Source: Sporopachydermia quercuum (lineage: Eukaryota). From it: a stretch of DNA of 64,000 bases. The stretch's first letter is position 1; the number at the start of each line of letters is the position of its first letter. Made by a program: the position numbers and the translations under genes. Shown here piece after piece: positions 38,201-50,129 of the stretch. Below the pieces are notes generated by a model that was given only the letters and a program-made list of their open reading frames with translations, had not been told where the DNA came from and made no database searches. The stretch is from NCBI GenBank assembly GCA_001599295.1, contig BCGN01000003.1, positions 1,302,001 to 1,366,000 on the forward strand. Reading direction: 5' to 3'.

Positions 38201-39328
38201 GGTGGAAAACGCTTGGACTATGAAGACGATATAACTACCATTGTCAATGGAATCAAATGGCCTATGGTTATTATTGGTGAAAGATCAGAGAGTGTCAATG
38301 AGAATCAGCAATTTTATTCTGCTGAAGGTATATTCCATTCAAGTGTCAACGTTGTCATTTCTGGGTTGGAACCATTAACAGTTTATGATGTGGAAGTAAA
38401 TATTATCTCTCCAGCTGTTTTCAATCAATCTTTCCGTATTATAACCAAATCTTCGTCTTCTCCCTCATCATCATCTTCATCAGCACCTTCAACGGCATCA
38501 GTATCGGCTATAACACCAACTTCAACATCAGCTGCCACATCAATTACAAACAGTTCCACAACGTTCAACAGCTCTACGACATCTAACAACGTTTCTTATG
38601 AACTAGAGCCAAGAACCATAGAATCGACTCTTATGTCTACCCTTCAATATCTAGAAAGTCAAACAGGAAAACTGAGAAACGAATTGAGGACTATCCGTAA
38701 AGAAAGAATCAAAACTATCAACAATTTGTCTAAAGAAATAGAAAACCTTCGATCGAAGGATTTGATGGTGAACAATGAAAAAGCTCAAAAGACTAAACAA
38801 GGCATTGAAACTAATCTGAAACATATTGAAGAAGACTTGGAACATCACAATGAGCATGTATCATCATTAGAACAAGAAGTTAAAACAAAAGCTCTACTTG
38901 TTGATAACATAAAGAAAGATCTTGTGAAAACAAGAAAGAATTATGATACCTATAAACTCAAGTTCGAAAAGGAAATTGCTAACGCAAAGAAAGAGCTAGA
39001 ATTTGATGGACTTGAGACTGAAGTCAAGAATTTCACACTAAAGAAGGAAAAGGGCTTAGCAAAGTTGAAGAAGATCGAAGCTGCTTTGAAGCTGGATATT
39101 GAGGAGAATGGTACGGTTGATGATAATTTGGATGAATTGCAGAAGGAGCTGATTGAGAAGATTATGATCTGTCGAGAGGACGAAACTAAAAGACGTGAAT
39201 CAGAGCTTCATAAGAAACAGGAACAGTTGGAAAAGAAGTATTCAAAGATTCAAGAGCGGAAACAATTCATTAGACAATTGAGTAATCATATCAATTCTAA
39301 GCATATGAGTATGGATCAAGGATGGTAG
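35231..39328 (+). CDS. AcrB-like (fungal ubiquitination-network signalling) membrane protein with a C-terminal coiled coil
   Basis: 1365 aa from ATG 35231. PLRDTICLFIVLITLP, several TM segments, an FN3-like IVNGIKW...ISGLEPLTVYDV region and a long coiled coil match the architecture of Aspergillus AcrB. Confidence 0.65.
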   Translation: MVTLPSNKNSSLAAARHRASSIGRNYSPARPRTVSIGSSASISAEGPNDLDNTTSGGNSSNINNNSCNSNGKHNATSTQPSQGLNSNNSSNSSNNSNTSNDDHLLFPDPLRDTICLFIVLITLPKWLAIPIFIIRLIVDVHPEFEFDRLLHGAIPFTRAKIMKYIVFYNHRFFYTQPEEKNNDNSINNQIETTTDNPTSKTVHINKNHKKSITKIIDLDDRIYNPFTNIHFYDSKTGVIYNLPAQQANEGKNYSYYTGKLLIPTTIQWLLKETSTHALIAVLISLFAPHFWPYLIVFANSVVCGTLAGRNKFTSKGHSNIYASSLFHALLVSVIYLTVAGLVLKTXPHSTLLRPINEQKNFLLKLLSGAFSPAIAIFSQDKTNFNQTSDYLLRQHYPFLQLTLFFHNEFNFRTFIDHVVHLFADLTHYYSSGLSSVNSLMYGTTVAGPLHGRFWRLALSVDGIYAVVVFMFGKFLDFAYYFLLIHFFMLCFDPSINVLGNYLLYRLPVPERIRQYLKAHLLHDVHVTDSMDDPINNNGIYEVNTGYRSNSIGSITPPSISINDSTVRTIAPSTTSSSAYTSNNSNFSGVLEKGFKGKNNPKDYESFDLSSNNNQAAYLSSVSRLSVSYSSKNSNVNTTNMSNNGNVNTSLAVISTPFLPSQIEPGVSKMGEMILIDQTGFSRNSSVIHMPVVLQDELPKVKLLATDDSRPESNYAAYYSDLSYKVTKVNKNSRRTGLFRPLLKKLCLLSISLKDFESIDPKQNITASDILSMTDSITGATNFERYLSGKTNERCQVTGFDSAVVANIYQCDDGLNIYPGNVISNSFIAVASSETKLASSGSSADSSNSGTASNTEYNAISKAEDEPVVLGYNSIKRKILPLLPSHWTSCELLGPFYSTISTSAKKMSLIRLNAPIMSYLGALKLLNGKFWAGGDSLLNSAITRSNTSDEPSYNRPSSGDINDPINNLQACLSLSYIDYSVICIEADIWIFGGKRLDYEDDITTIVNGIKWPMVIIGERSESVNENQQFYSAEGIFHSSVNVVISGLEPLTVYDVEVNIISPAVFNQSFRIITKSSSSPSSSSSSAPSTASVSAITPTSTSAATSITNSSTTFNSSTTSNNVSYELEPRTIESTLMSTLQYLESQTGKLRNELRTIRKERIKTINNLSKEIENLRSKDLMVNNEKAQKTKQGIETNLKHIEEDLEHHNEHVSSLEQEVKTKALLVDNIKKDLVKTRKNYDTYKLKFEKEIANAKKELEFDGLETEVKNFTLKKEKGLAKLKKIEAALKLDIEENGTVDDNLDELQKELIEKIMICREDETKRRESELHKKQEQLEKKYSKIQERKQFIRQLSNHINSKHMSMDQGW

Positions 39329-40205
39329 AAGAAATAATAGTAGAATATGAAAGAAAATTGCTATTTGATTAATTGGATTAAATACTAATAAGAGTTGATT
39401 CTTAAGTGCTATGAATGAATTATAATGATTGAATTATTGTGTATGATAGAAAACCAGTAGAGCAATAGTATTACCAATAATACCTTATATTATGTCATAC
39501 GAACATGAACAGAACTCAAGCTGAACTTGCTCTTTATGATTTAACCTTTTTTTAGATTTAAGTATTATGGAATTATTCATTGTTGTTTTATACTAGTAAA
39601 TATGACATTACTGTTAATGTTTTATACTTTATAAAAGATAGTATAACATGTAAATCTTTATTCATCATCGTCATTATCATTTCCTTTTTCAAATATCACA
39701 TCTATTATATACAAGAATCGTCCACTCCAGTTTATTCATAAAAAGTCTAGCAAATGCAATTAATATGTCGAATATCTCAATGCAACGTCAATTATTTGCT
39801 TTAACGCATGCAACCAACCAAGAAAACAAGAACAAAAGTAAGTCAGAAATTCTTCGATTCTTCAATACAAATATAAGACAAGTGTCAAAGATGAAAGAAG
39901 CTTTTCATAAACCATAATGCTACATCAACGACCAAGAAAGAACAGTTTCGGTTTAAACAGCAAAGCCAATCACCAGGACAGTAAAACATTTCAGAAGTGA
40001 GAGGACATTTAAATAGTAATCAGAAGCAGTAGTCAAAATGATAATGCCAACTCACACCTAATAATTCCAATACCTTCCGAGAATCCTGATCCTAACAAGA
40101 AAACACTACCAAGCTTCCATATGCTTTTAAACAGATCCATAAAAGATTTTTTTAAACACCAGAACATCTACACTTTTTATCCAATAACACAATAGTCTAT
40201 CCATT

Positions 40206-41170
40206 TTACTCCTTATCTGTGTCTTCCTTTTCTCTTTCATCTTTAAGCTCGCCAATTAAATCTCCAATTTGATGAAACCGGTGATTATGATACAATATTC
40301 CTCCCTTAGGTTCTTGTCTATGCTCTATACCTAATACCTTAGCAACCCATATCTCATGATCATGTACTTGGAAGACATTCATCTTCTCACAGTATAAAAC
40401 ATCTACTGCTGAGGCTATCGTTGGTATATGATTTTCTTTCTGTTCNCTGTTAACAGCAGAATCCCATAAATCAAACTGCTTCTGAGTTACTATGAAATCG
40501 TGTGACTGTTTTTCATGTTCTGTCAGTTTGTCTAAAGAAGATCTTGCTCTAAAGGTTACATCATTATCAAATGGATCATCGGTTGAATTCTCGATTGCCT
40601 TGGCACCAGCAGCAAATTTCTTGCACAAATCTACTGAAGATTTAGTTGGTGGCAATACATTTAAAGAGAAATGTTTTGACTCATGTAATAACTTAGAAGT
40701 GCTTGAAGGAACCTGCATGTTGAATTGAATTAAAGGTGTTGGGTAAACTGAAAGTGAAGTAGCTGATGAAAGGGTCATTCCTCTGTTGATATTCTCTGCA
40801 GATACTAGTAAGATCATAGCTGAAAAACGTTGGTTAGTAGGTGTCATAAAAGCCTTCCATATAATAAGATTACTGATTTACAATATAATTTAGACGTTTC
40901 AGCAAACGATTTCTTGTGTGTGTGCGTGTGTGTGCGTGTGTGTATACTTTCTTAATCATATAACATACCTTGAGATGAGATGCCACTCATGACCTTTTTG
41001 AAAGAGGTATGGATTGGGGTATTAGGTCTTTTGGGAACAGTAATGTCCCTAGTAGTAGCATTAGTACTACCACTACCACTACCACTACCACTGCCACTGC
41101 CACTGCTATACCATCTCCATAGTATCCTTCTAGTAGTATTCAATGTTGGTGCCCGTATCCTCAGCATCAT
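40206..41170 (-). CDS. Flavin reductase-like FMN-binding protein, probably mitochondrial; exons 40969..41170, 40206..40819
   Basis: Arg-rich N-terminal presequence. FKKVMSGISSQ|AMIL, RGMTLSS, P..QFN and VHDHEIW motifs. GTATGT...TACTAAC...CAG intron. Confidence 0.85.
40915..40943. repeat. (GT)n dinucleotide microsatellite inside the intron
   Basis: Read directly. Confidence 0.9.
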
Positions 41171-41913
41171 GGATAGGTTCCTTACAATAAGTGCTTTTAC
41201 TGTAAGGTACAGATGTTTAGAAAAAATCTGACTTTTTCTAAACCAATGCAAAGAATTTCAATGCTTCACGTAATAATTCCAAGGATTCTAATTCATGCTG
41301 TTTAGAAACGTTTCCACAGTTTTTGTTCGCTGAAAAAATGATTCGAAAAAATGGAAGGAGATGATACAAAATATCAAACAGAAGGTAAACCGATGAGGAG
41401 TAGGCAATTCGCGAGACTGATATGTTTTTTGGGAGGAGAAAGTACAAGAAAAATTACTGATGACTTATAAGGGTGATAATATTGGAGGGGTTCACTAAAG
41501 ACTGAAAAGGAGTTAGTGCCAGGGGATTGCAAGGGAGAATATAAGGAGTTCTCATTTGTTATAATGTAGAGGGAAGTAAGCTAATTGGGAGACTCAGAAG
41601 TAATTGAGAATCAATTGAGAAAGGAATTGAAAAAGCTAGAATGATTAGAAATGATTAGAAAGTAGAACTTGAATAGAAAGTGGACAGAGAATCAGTTGAA
41701 TGCAGGAGGGAAAATACAGTAAGATATTATGATAAATGGAGTACAAAACGGTACGGTACGATAACGGCAGTAGCAGCCTAGTAATAAATATATAAGTAGT
41801 TTTATTCATATGGTTCCTTAACTCACACACATCAGATTTTATATAGTATTATAGACTGAACTGAAATAAAATATGCAATGTCACTAATATATATATAAGA
41901 TCTGCCAAATTAT

Positions 41914-43497
41914 TTAAAAACTAAATAACGATACTTCGAACTGAAGACCTGGTTTTGACACATCACTTGGTCTATCAGTTAATGGGAAACAATAACTGAG
42001 ATCAACAGAGGCAATGCTCGACTTATATACTAAACCAAGACCAGCAGCATATGCAAATTCTCCAAGTTCAGTCTTCAAAGCTGTTGGAGATAATAAAGAT
42101 TTAGTAAATCCTTGAGGAGTTGAATATAAATTTCCACCATTGACAAATAGTTGGAATCTTAAAGGAGAGCTAGGATTGATTTTTGGTAATCTTGAGAACA
42201 AACTAATGCCACCAGAAACGAATGATTCACCTCCAATGTAATCATTACCATCTTTAATTCCTAATCTATTTCTTTGGAAACCCTTTATTGATTCTGGTCC
42301 GCCAAGGAAAAATCTATCAGAAATATGAGTATGTGGCTTCTCAGTATTAAGGCTTGCAATTGCGCCAGCATTAACGTTGAATGACACGGTGAAGAAGTCT
42401 TTGAAGAAAGATTTGACAAATAATGAGGTGAATTGGGATTTGAAGAACTTCTCATTTGATGCTAAAGTACCTAAACCTGAATATTCACCATCAAATTTCA
42501 ACAATGAACCATTCTTGGCGAAGGACGAGACAAATTCCAAGTTATTCGATAAAGCAGAGGCAAAAATACTTGTTTTTAATGAATCACCTGCATCACGCTT
42601 AACTGAATCACTTGCTGTTGCTCCTATACCTGTGAGGCTTCTTACTACTGTACTAATACCAACTTCACTGGTAGTAGTTAACTTACTACTATTTGATGAC
42701 CGTACCACACTGGCAATAAATCCACGGTTCAACTGTTTATGTGATGCCCATGTAGAGTCTGATGATGTTAGGAAAGTATTCAATTTCAACTGCGAGTTAC
42801 CAGCTTTTTGAAACGGACTAATAAATGTAGCACTACAAGCTTTAGCTTTAGGATGTTTACCTAAGAACCCATTAAGCTCAACTGTTTCACTGTTGCCCAA
42901 AGCATTGTTGTTGAGATAGCTGAAACCAAATGCACCAAACCCATCATTAGTATGAGTCAAGCAGCTTTTCTGATTCACAACATTGGTTTTGACGTCAATC
43001 CTTGCATCAACAACTAATGGCCCTGATTTTGAATCAATATTGATAGCGTCAAGTCTAACAACCGCATCTTGAATAACATTATAGCTTTTCAAGTTTTTTG
43101 CCACTTTTTCTGAATTTCCTAATATTGACGCAACTGTATGGTTTGTGCTGAATAATAAAGGCTTCAATTGGGCCTTAAGAAAGCTATCGTTCAAATCGCC
43201 AGCTCCATTAACTACCACTTGATTAAGTGATACTGGTCTAGTAGATGACCTCGAGATCTGGATAATGACTTATGTTAACAATATTGCGATCTCAATCAAT
43301 TTTAGAAAAAAAATTTAGATTTAAATACTTACAGTTGATGGAAGATTATCTGAGATTTGCCAGGGTGAAGCTACTGGTGGTGGCTGTTAAAGTCTATGGT
43401 TAGTATCTGTGTCTTGAAAAAGAATAAATAGGTGCAATTACAGGCAGGGAAGGTGAAGTTCCAGACAAAGACTTACAGTAAAAAATTCATCCGCCAT
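41914..43497 (-). CDS. SAM50: Mitochondrial SAM complex subunit Sam50 (Omp85 family); exons 43477..43497, 43333..43383, 41914..43257
   Basis: DRFFLGGPESIKGF, DYIGG, FVNGG, GLGLVY and C-terminal PGLQF..S.F motifs. Two short 5' exons are in frame. Confidence 0.9.
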
Positions 43498-44378
43498 TGT
43501 TTCTCAGTTTGATTTATAGATACAAGTCAATTGTTACTAAAAATTGTAACAATTTGGTGATTTAATACTTCAAAGAATATTCTCTCATATGATAGTATAA
43601 AACTATCCTATTGGATCAACGATTGATGTAATACCTTGTAATTTTTGATTATCTGATGACTTTCTACTAGGCTGATTATGTGGGGAAAGGGTGTACTGGA
43701 TTAACGGACAGGACATTTTAAGGATACAGTTGATAAGAGGCAAGGGAGCCTGTTTTGTAGGGGACAATGAGTTGATAAGGGAGGAAAAAGGAAGGAAATT
43801 ACTTAGAATAATGAAGAGAAAATGATATAATAACGGCCAAGAATAAATAAACGTATAACAAATCAATCATTCATATAATCTTTCAAAGAATTGTTTTCTT
43901 ATTGTGATATGGTTGTCATTTTTCATCAATTGCTAACTGACATCGATAAGGATGCAGTGTATTCCGGAGAGAATTACCCCAGAATTTGAACCATAGTTTC
44001 CGATATTGGTCCATATATCACAAAAAACCCCAATATGGGACATGATTAAACAATCCATCACCAAACATAATAAATTAGTGTATCTATTGACTTAGACACC
44101 TGCCAATTAATTGTACTAAAGAGTATCCGCTCTAAAGGTAGTGAACTATACGTCTAATCGTTTGAAATAGTCCGATATCAACATGGGAAGCGAATATTCA
44201 ATATAATATACGGGGTTACGCGTGCAGTCACGAGTCTATAAATTGTGTTTTGTTTGAGATCCTCGCCTAATTTTTAATTCTACCTATCTTCGGATCAACA
44301 TCATATATATATATATATATATATGATTTTATCATAGTATGATCTTCTGTCATTATCTGGCTATATCAGTACATCAAT

Positions 44379-45840
44379 ATGAATAAACCTATATATGAGG
44401 AGTTCTATGATCAAATAGTTATTGACACTTTTCTATCAGGTCATGAGAAAGAGGATGTTCTGTATGTTCAATTGGGCCTTTGAAATTGTCTATATGCAAT
44501 TCCATCCACTAGTAGTGATCAATGTTCATAGTATTAACATATCCAGAGAGGAACTAGCGCTGATACCTAGCTATATTATTAATGAAAGTGACGAGTTTAA
44601 GACGTCTACATTAATAAAAGGGCCAGGTATAATTGGCTTATCGAAAGAGAACTACTTGAGGATGTTTGTTGAAGCACGAAAGAAGCTGTTAGATCCTTAC
44701 ATCAGCAAAGATGATCTGAACAAAGCTTCAATAGCACTATTGATCACAAGTTATGAGAACTTTACAAATATGAAAAGACGCTATCGGCAAGTATTTGGTG
44801 AGAATGTAGAAGTAAAATATCAAGGAGGAAATGTCAATTGCTCTGTGCATGTTAAAAATATTTCACTTGTAGAATTAGAACTCAAACTACTCAATCTGCT
44901 ACAAAGGTCTTCACTATCAAAAATGAATAAGTCTTCAGTGCTTTGGAACTACAGGAAAGCTTTAGTACTTTCATGTGTATTTGATTTATCTGATGCTGAT
45001 CAACAGAACAAAATTAGCTACAATAAAATTCCAACCCTACTATTGTTTGAGTTTGATAAGATAGTACTTCGTTCAGCAAGTAAGCATTATATGAATTATT
45101 ATGCTTGGTCATATGCTAGATGGTTGATTCAAATTGCCTGGTTATTTTTGAACAAACAAAAAAAGGGGCAAGAGCAGGAACAGAATCCAGATACTTGCAA
45201 TTTGTCTGTCAGCTCATCCTTCTCTACGTTTCTGCAGGCAATACGTCAGCGTTTCATAGAATTTTGCGAGAAGAACGTTTCTGATGCTTCTGCTTGGGCA
45301 TTTAGATTCTGGCTAAATACATTTTTGGAAAATGGAAAGAATCTAGTAAATGAGTCGTTAACTTGTCTCAATATCTTACTTGCAGCTAATAAAGACAGTA
45401 TAGCTACTAACAATTGGAAAAACAATGGTGATATAAACTTGACGTTGAACTCTAAATTAAATACTAGTATTTCATTTTCATTGGACTCGCAGCTCGCCGG
45501 AGGTAGTAAAGCTAGCATGGAAATAATGACAGATGATTTGCAATCAGTCTTGAAGCAGCTATCGTTTGAGTGGGTCAAAACGCATGAATGCGTATGGAAT
45601 TATATCACACAGTCGTATATCTATCTCAGGCATAATTGCACAGAAGATTCTCTGAGCATACTAATAGAAGTTAAGGATTTTATTCGGAATGAAGCTAAGA
45701 ATGATATTAATGATTTGAGTAATTCGCTTGATGAAGCAATGAGTTGTTTGTATGAAAGGTACATGAGTTCTGGCAGCATAACATCAAAGACAGAGTTTTA
45801 TGCTACTAGGGCTTTGATAAATATTACATATAACATATGA
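44379..45840 (+). CDS. ECM9: Ecm9/PTAR1-like prenyltransferase alpha-subunit repeat protein; exons 44379..44461, 44547..45840
   Basis: NKSSVLWNYRK, HYMNYYAWSYAR, SDASAWAF and HECVW repeats, with a phase-2 GTATGT...TTAAC...CAG intron. Confidence 0.75.
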
Positions 45841-46329
45841 TCTGTGATGATTATAGTACAGCAATATATACATAACATACCATGGCAGCACCAATGGGTA
45901 ATTCCTCGATTTTTTCATCGCAATGAAAGTGTTATATTCAGGAGCCAGAGATAGCGGTGTACAGCCTCCTAATAGTAACTTTGTATTATCTTTCACGATC
46001 AGTTCAAATCTCACTATCAATAAAAACAGTAATAACACATGCGTGGAATCAACCTCAAGCTGTGACAGGGTCTTGTTTTGACAACTCGTCGTTTTGACGA
46101 TGGATGGAACATTTTTTCCTATACAGAAGCCAAGACAGCAAAGCAAGAACACCAAGAACACCACCAATGCTCGCAAGAACAATTACGCAATGAGATATCC
46201 AACATTTCCCCCACCCATGACAATCATTAGCTACCAATACAAATAAGGTTATTAAATCAAATAGAGCATCTACACCTATATATTTGTTAGCGTTCTTAGC
46301 CTTTTGTACGTTATTATTATACATTTACG

Positions 46330-47004
46330 CTAATCATGGGGGTCCATTATTGATTGCTGTTCAATCAATTGCCGGGGCACTCCTCCATTACCTTCTTCCT
46401 GTGCAGATAGTAGTAATGCCCATAGCTCCTGCATGAACTGCCGTGAGACCTTCGGGAGCAGCTTATCCAATTGGAAGTATAGAGCCTTAGGATTAGGCTG
46501 AAGAGCAAGAGTTCTATGTTAGAAGGGTTTGAATGAATAGGACGATTTGAACGTAATTTGTGTGTACATCTTAATAAAAACCATATAGATACTTTATTAG
46601 TAAATTGATACTTACATCTGGTGATTTGAGTGTTTCTAATATGAGTCCAACAATTATGTCATCATCTGTGACTTTTGAAAGCTATTTTGATAAGAGTTAG
46701 TAGCAACGATATATATAGAAAGACAAATGTCCTAAAAGCAAGCTATATTATAATCATAATCAATTTTCTCACCTAAAAATCCGTAGAATATTCATATTCA
46801 TGTTTATAATTATAATATATTCTTTTAGTTGTTTGTTATAGATAGTTTCCGCTCATTTTCTTGTCAGCCCAAATCAATCTTGACAATGAACAGTTTTCAT
46901 TTACTTACTCTTGTTATAATCCAAGCTTCAATTATCTCCAAATCAACCTTTGAGAAATCAACAGGATTGTTACAAATCTTAGGTATATGCCTTTTACTCG
47001 ACAT
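46330..47004 (-). CDS. 109-aa PWI-domain protein (SRRM1/SRm160-like); exons 46909..47004, 46616..46681, 46330..46497
   Basis: Spliced product VDFSKVDLEIIEAWIITR|LSKVTDDDIIV...|PNPKALYFQL...FMQELWALLLSAQ..GVP matches the PWI consensus. Both introns are phase 0 with GTAAGT donors. It is absent from the ORF track. Confidence 0.88.
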
Positions 47005-47968
47005 GACTGGCCGTTCTTTTATTGATTTATCGATTTAATGATTTTTTGGTGAGTGATCTGATCTGCAATGTTCAATTTAAGGAGGCTATTCTTGATTGAG
47101 GATAAGCTATTTGACGGAATACGATAAAGGGAATGATCAAGAACATTGATAATTCGATAATATTTATTTTTATTGTGATCAGCACTGCTATAAGATATTG
47201 TTTTGGTATATAATGAAAATCAGATTAAATGAAAGAGAAAAGAAAGAAAGAAACTAAAATGATGCGCCAGGTGAAATATTCGTAATCGCAAATGAAAAGT
47301 GGAGAAAGATGAGAAAGATAGCAAAACACTTGAATTCATTTGTGGGATATTATGAAATGTAAATGATTGATAGACTATATTGTATGGAGCACTACTTTTA
47401 TATAGATTATGGTATGAAAGTATTTGAGAGTTTCTTTGGTTGGATCGACTATTAGTTTACAGCATAATACGCCTAGACCTTTGGTATATACCAAATGCTG
47501 TCCTAACTATTACTATTAGAACAACGAGCAAACTGATTTGAGATAAAATCTAATGATTAGAACTTCTTTGGCTAGAAAGGGAGCCAATTTTTGTGAGCAA
47601 ATTTCACTATAAACCGTTCGCTTTACGACAGCATCTACTATAACTACACCTTATGAGCATTATTAAACTAAACTACTATGAAAAGGAAGACATAAACGAA
47701 AGAAAAGAAATATCGCTCACATTCACATCTAAATCCTATTCGAATTGGCACCAATATTCATTAATATAATTACAACCAAACCTCACACAGGTTATTTCCC
47801 AAATATGCACTATATCAATAATGCTGTAACACATCTATGATAAAATGAAGAAAGAAAATGGAAGAAAAGGAAAGAAAGGGAAAGAAAAAAGGAAGCTGAA
47901 ATGAATTGAAAAGAAGAACCATAAAAAAAGAACCAAGCCACTCAATAACAAGAGGACCAGACCATTTA

Positions 47969-49108
47969 TCAACTGAGTTGCGTTGATTTTGATTCTTCAA
48001 TAACTCTTTCAACAAGGTCTTGACCGTAGGCAGGGCCATAACCATCACATCGTTCATGACCTTTTAAAGCCTTTATCACATAAGAAACATGAATGTTCTC
48101 TAAATCTGGATCACTGTTAATTCTATCCCACACAGCACCAATCCCCATAACTTTGGCACCATCAGCAGCTCGATACGAATCATAACAAGGTTTCAAATCA
48201 GCAATAGGTTCATGATCTTCTAGAAGTTTGTCATAAAACTGATTTGGGAATGTGTATGAGCCATGCGACGTTAGTTGTTCTGTTGCATTATTTGGCGACA
48301 ATGACTTGTGAGTAGCAGTTTTCAACAATACTTCATTTTCTGTTGTGATGACGGTGTTTTCTTTTTTGAGAACTTCAATTTCTCCTAATAGTTTCTTCTT
48401 TTCTTGCTCTGACCTGTCCAATAAATCTTGTAGTTCTTTCAACTTGTTTTCCTTTCTTTCTCTGAACGCACGTTGAGCAGCTCTATTTTGGGCTTTTCTC
48501 TTGGAATATGCGTCAGCTTTATCATCTTGATCTGAAGAGGAGGAAATAGAAAGATTACTTGAACCGCTTTTCTTTGTCGTAGCACCATCATTTGTGGAAA
48601 TATCATTATTCATTCTGTTAAGTATTTGTAGCTTTTCGTAATCTAAGTTACCTGTTACACCTGAGGTTGGAATACCATTAGCTGGTGAAGATGTCACATT
48701 TGGGTTAGAAAGTAGAGGACTCTGTTGATTGTTTTCAAACATAGCATCAAACTCACTTTTCAACACTTGGTTACATTCTTCACTTTCTGGATCGATTTGT
48801 CCTGTATGGGTATGGATTAATTGGTGATTACTATTATTATTAACTGATCCGTTGAGTGGACCAATGAGATTTGAATCTGATGACATTGGTGAGATCGGCA
48901 ACTTATTTTGCAAATGACCATTATTCCAAGTATTTACCTCTATCGCTGGTGCTAAATCATTTAATTTGTCCGTTCCCAAATTGGGATATTGAAAGATACC
49001 ATATGTATCGTTGTCCCCTGGTACCATATTGGTATCATGGTCAGGCACCATATGGTTCTGATCAGGGATGAAATAATGAGCGTTGGTACCATAAGCTTCG
49101 TTCATCAT
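47969..49108 (-). CDS. AP-1-like (Yap3/Fcr3-type) bZIP transcription factor
   Basis: KRKAQNRAAQRAFRERKE basic region, leucine zipper, and C-terminal GAVWD.I...L.G...C.G.GP domain. Confidence 0.9.
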   Translation of the reverse strand: MMNEAYGTNAHYFIPDQNHMVPDHDTNMVPGDNDTYGIFQYPNLGTDKLNDLAPAIEVNTWNNGHLQNKLPISPMSSDSNLIGPLNGSVNNNSNHQLIHTHTGQIDPESEECNQVLKSEFDAMFENNQQSPLLSNPNVTSSPANGIPTSGVTGNLDYEKLQILNRMNNDISTNDGATTKKSGSSNLSISSSSDQDDKADAYSKRKAQNRAAQRAFRERKENKLKELQDLLDRSEQEKKKLLGEIEVLKKENTVITTENEVLLKTATHKSLSPNNATEQLTSHGSYTFPNQFYDKLLEDHEPIADLKPCYDSYRAADGAKVMGIGAVWDRINSDPDLENIHVSYVIKALKGHERCDGYGPAYGQDLVERVIEESKSTQLS

Positions 49109-49796
49109 TTTTGACTGGTCACTGGTTCTAGTTAGGTTCTACTTTTTTTGTTGATTTAATTATCTATTAGCTTTCCTAACTTTCTTGACTTCCCTTAGTT
49201 GTTTCTAGATGAATAATTGAGTGTATGAACGTACCCTTGTCACTCCGCTCCGTCTTCCACTCGAGAGAATCAAGTTTCCTATCAATCACTGCAACTATCT
49301 GTGTTGAGATATTGTTCTTGTATCCTATTATCTATGTTATCTTCATCCGTTCTCCCTTTAAAAAACGAAATGTGAAGATAACAACTACTATTCAACGTAG
49401 TACGGTCGATATCGGAGATAGGAAGTTTAGGAGCATCAAAGTGCGAATTTCTGTAGAGGAACTCTTTAGAAACGAAGGAAAAACAGACCCTTTGATATTC
49501 TGGAACATTTTAGGACGTGACATTACTAAAGGGTCTACAAACATGATATAGCAGAGGTTAGCTGTCCAAAAATAGATACCTTAGAAGTTGTTGAGATGAG
49601 GCTTAGCTTAATCAGTAGGTAAAAAACAGCAAAGTAGGGATTAAGTTCCCCCATTATCAGACCCTTATTCGTCATCTAAGAACCTTTTCTTTAGGAAATT
49701 GGGCCAGGGTTGTTTTCTGATTATATAATACTAAATGTATTTTTGAACAATGAACAAATACTTATTTGATTATGTTATCAGGGAAACTCATCTTTG

Positions 49797-49820
49797 ACGC
49801 GTTAGTTAGAATTAACGCGA
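49797..49820. promoter_or_regulatory. MCB elements upstream of MSH6
   Basis: ACGCGT at 49797 and ACGCGA at 49815. Confidence 0.65.
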
Positions 49821-50129
49821 CTAAACTGTACGTGATTGTGTTAGGGAGGGAATGTTTGTTTCTACTACTTGCAGGCCTTTCTTTTATTGAGAACAAGTTA
49901 TTATTGTGTATCAGTCTGATAATCAAACATGTTCACTCTTATGGCATTTATTACTAAATGACTTCATCCTAATGCTGGTGATTTTTTTGTTACTGATTTA
50001 ACCATCCATTGAACGATAGATAGGTCATTAATTGCCAACCATTATCTCAATCAATTGATTGCTTACAATAGACCATAGAACCCTAGATAATTAACAAGCA
50101 GCCTACTTATGAACTCATACTAATCTAAA

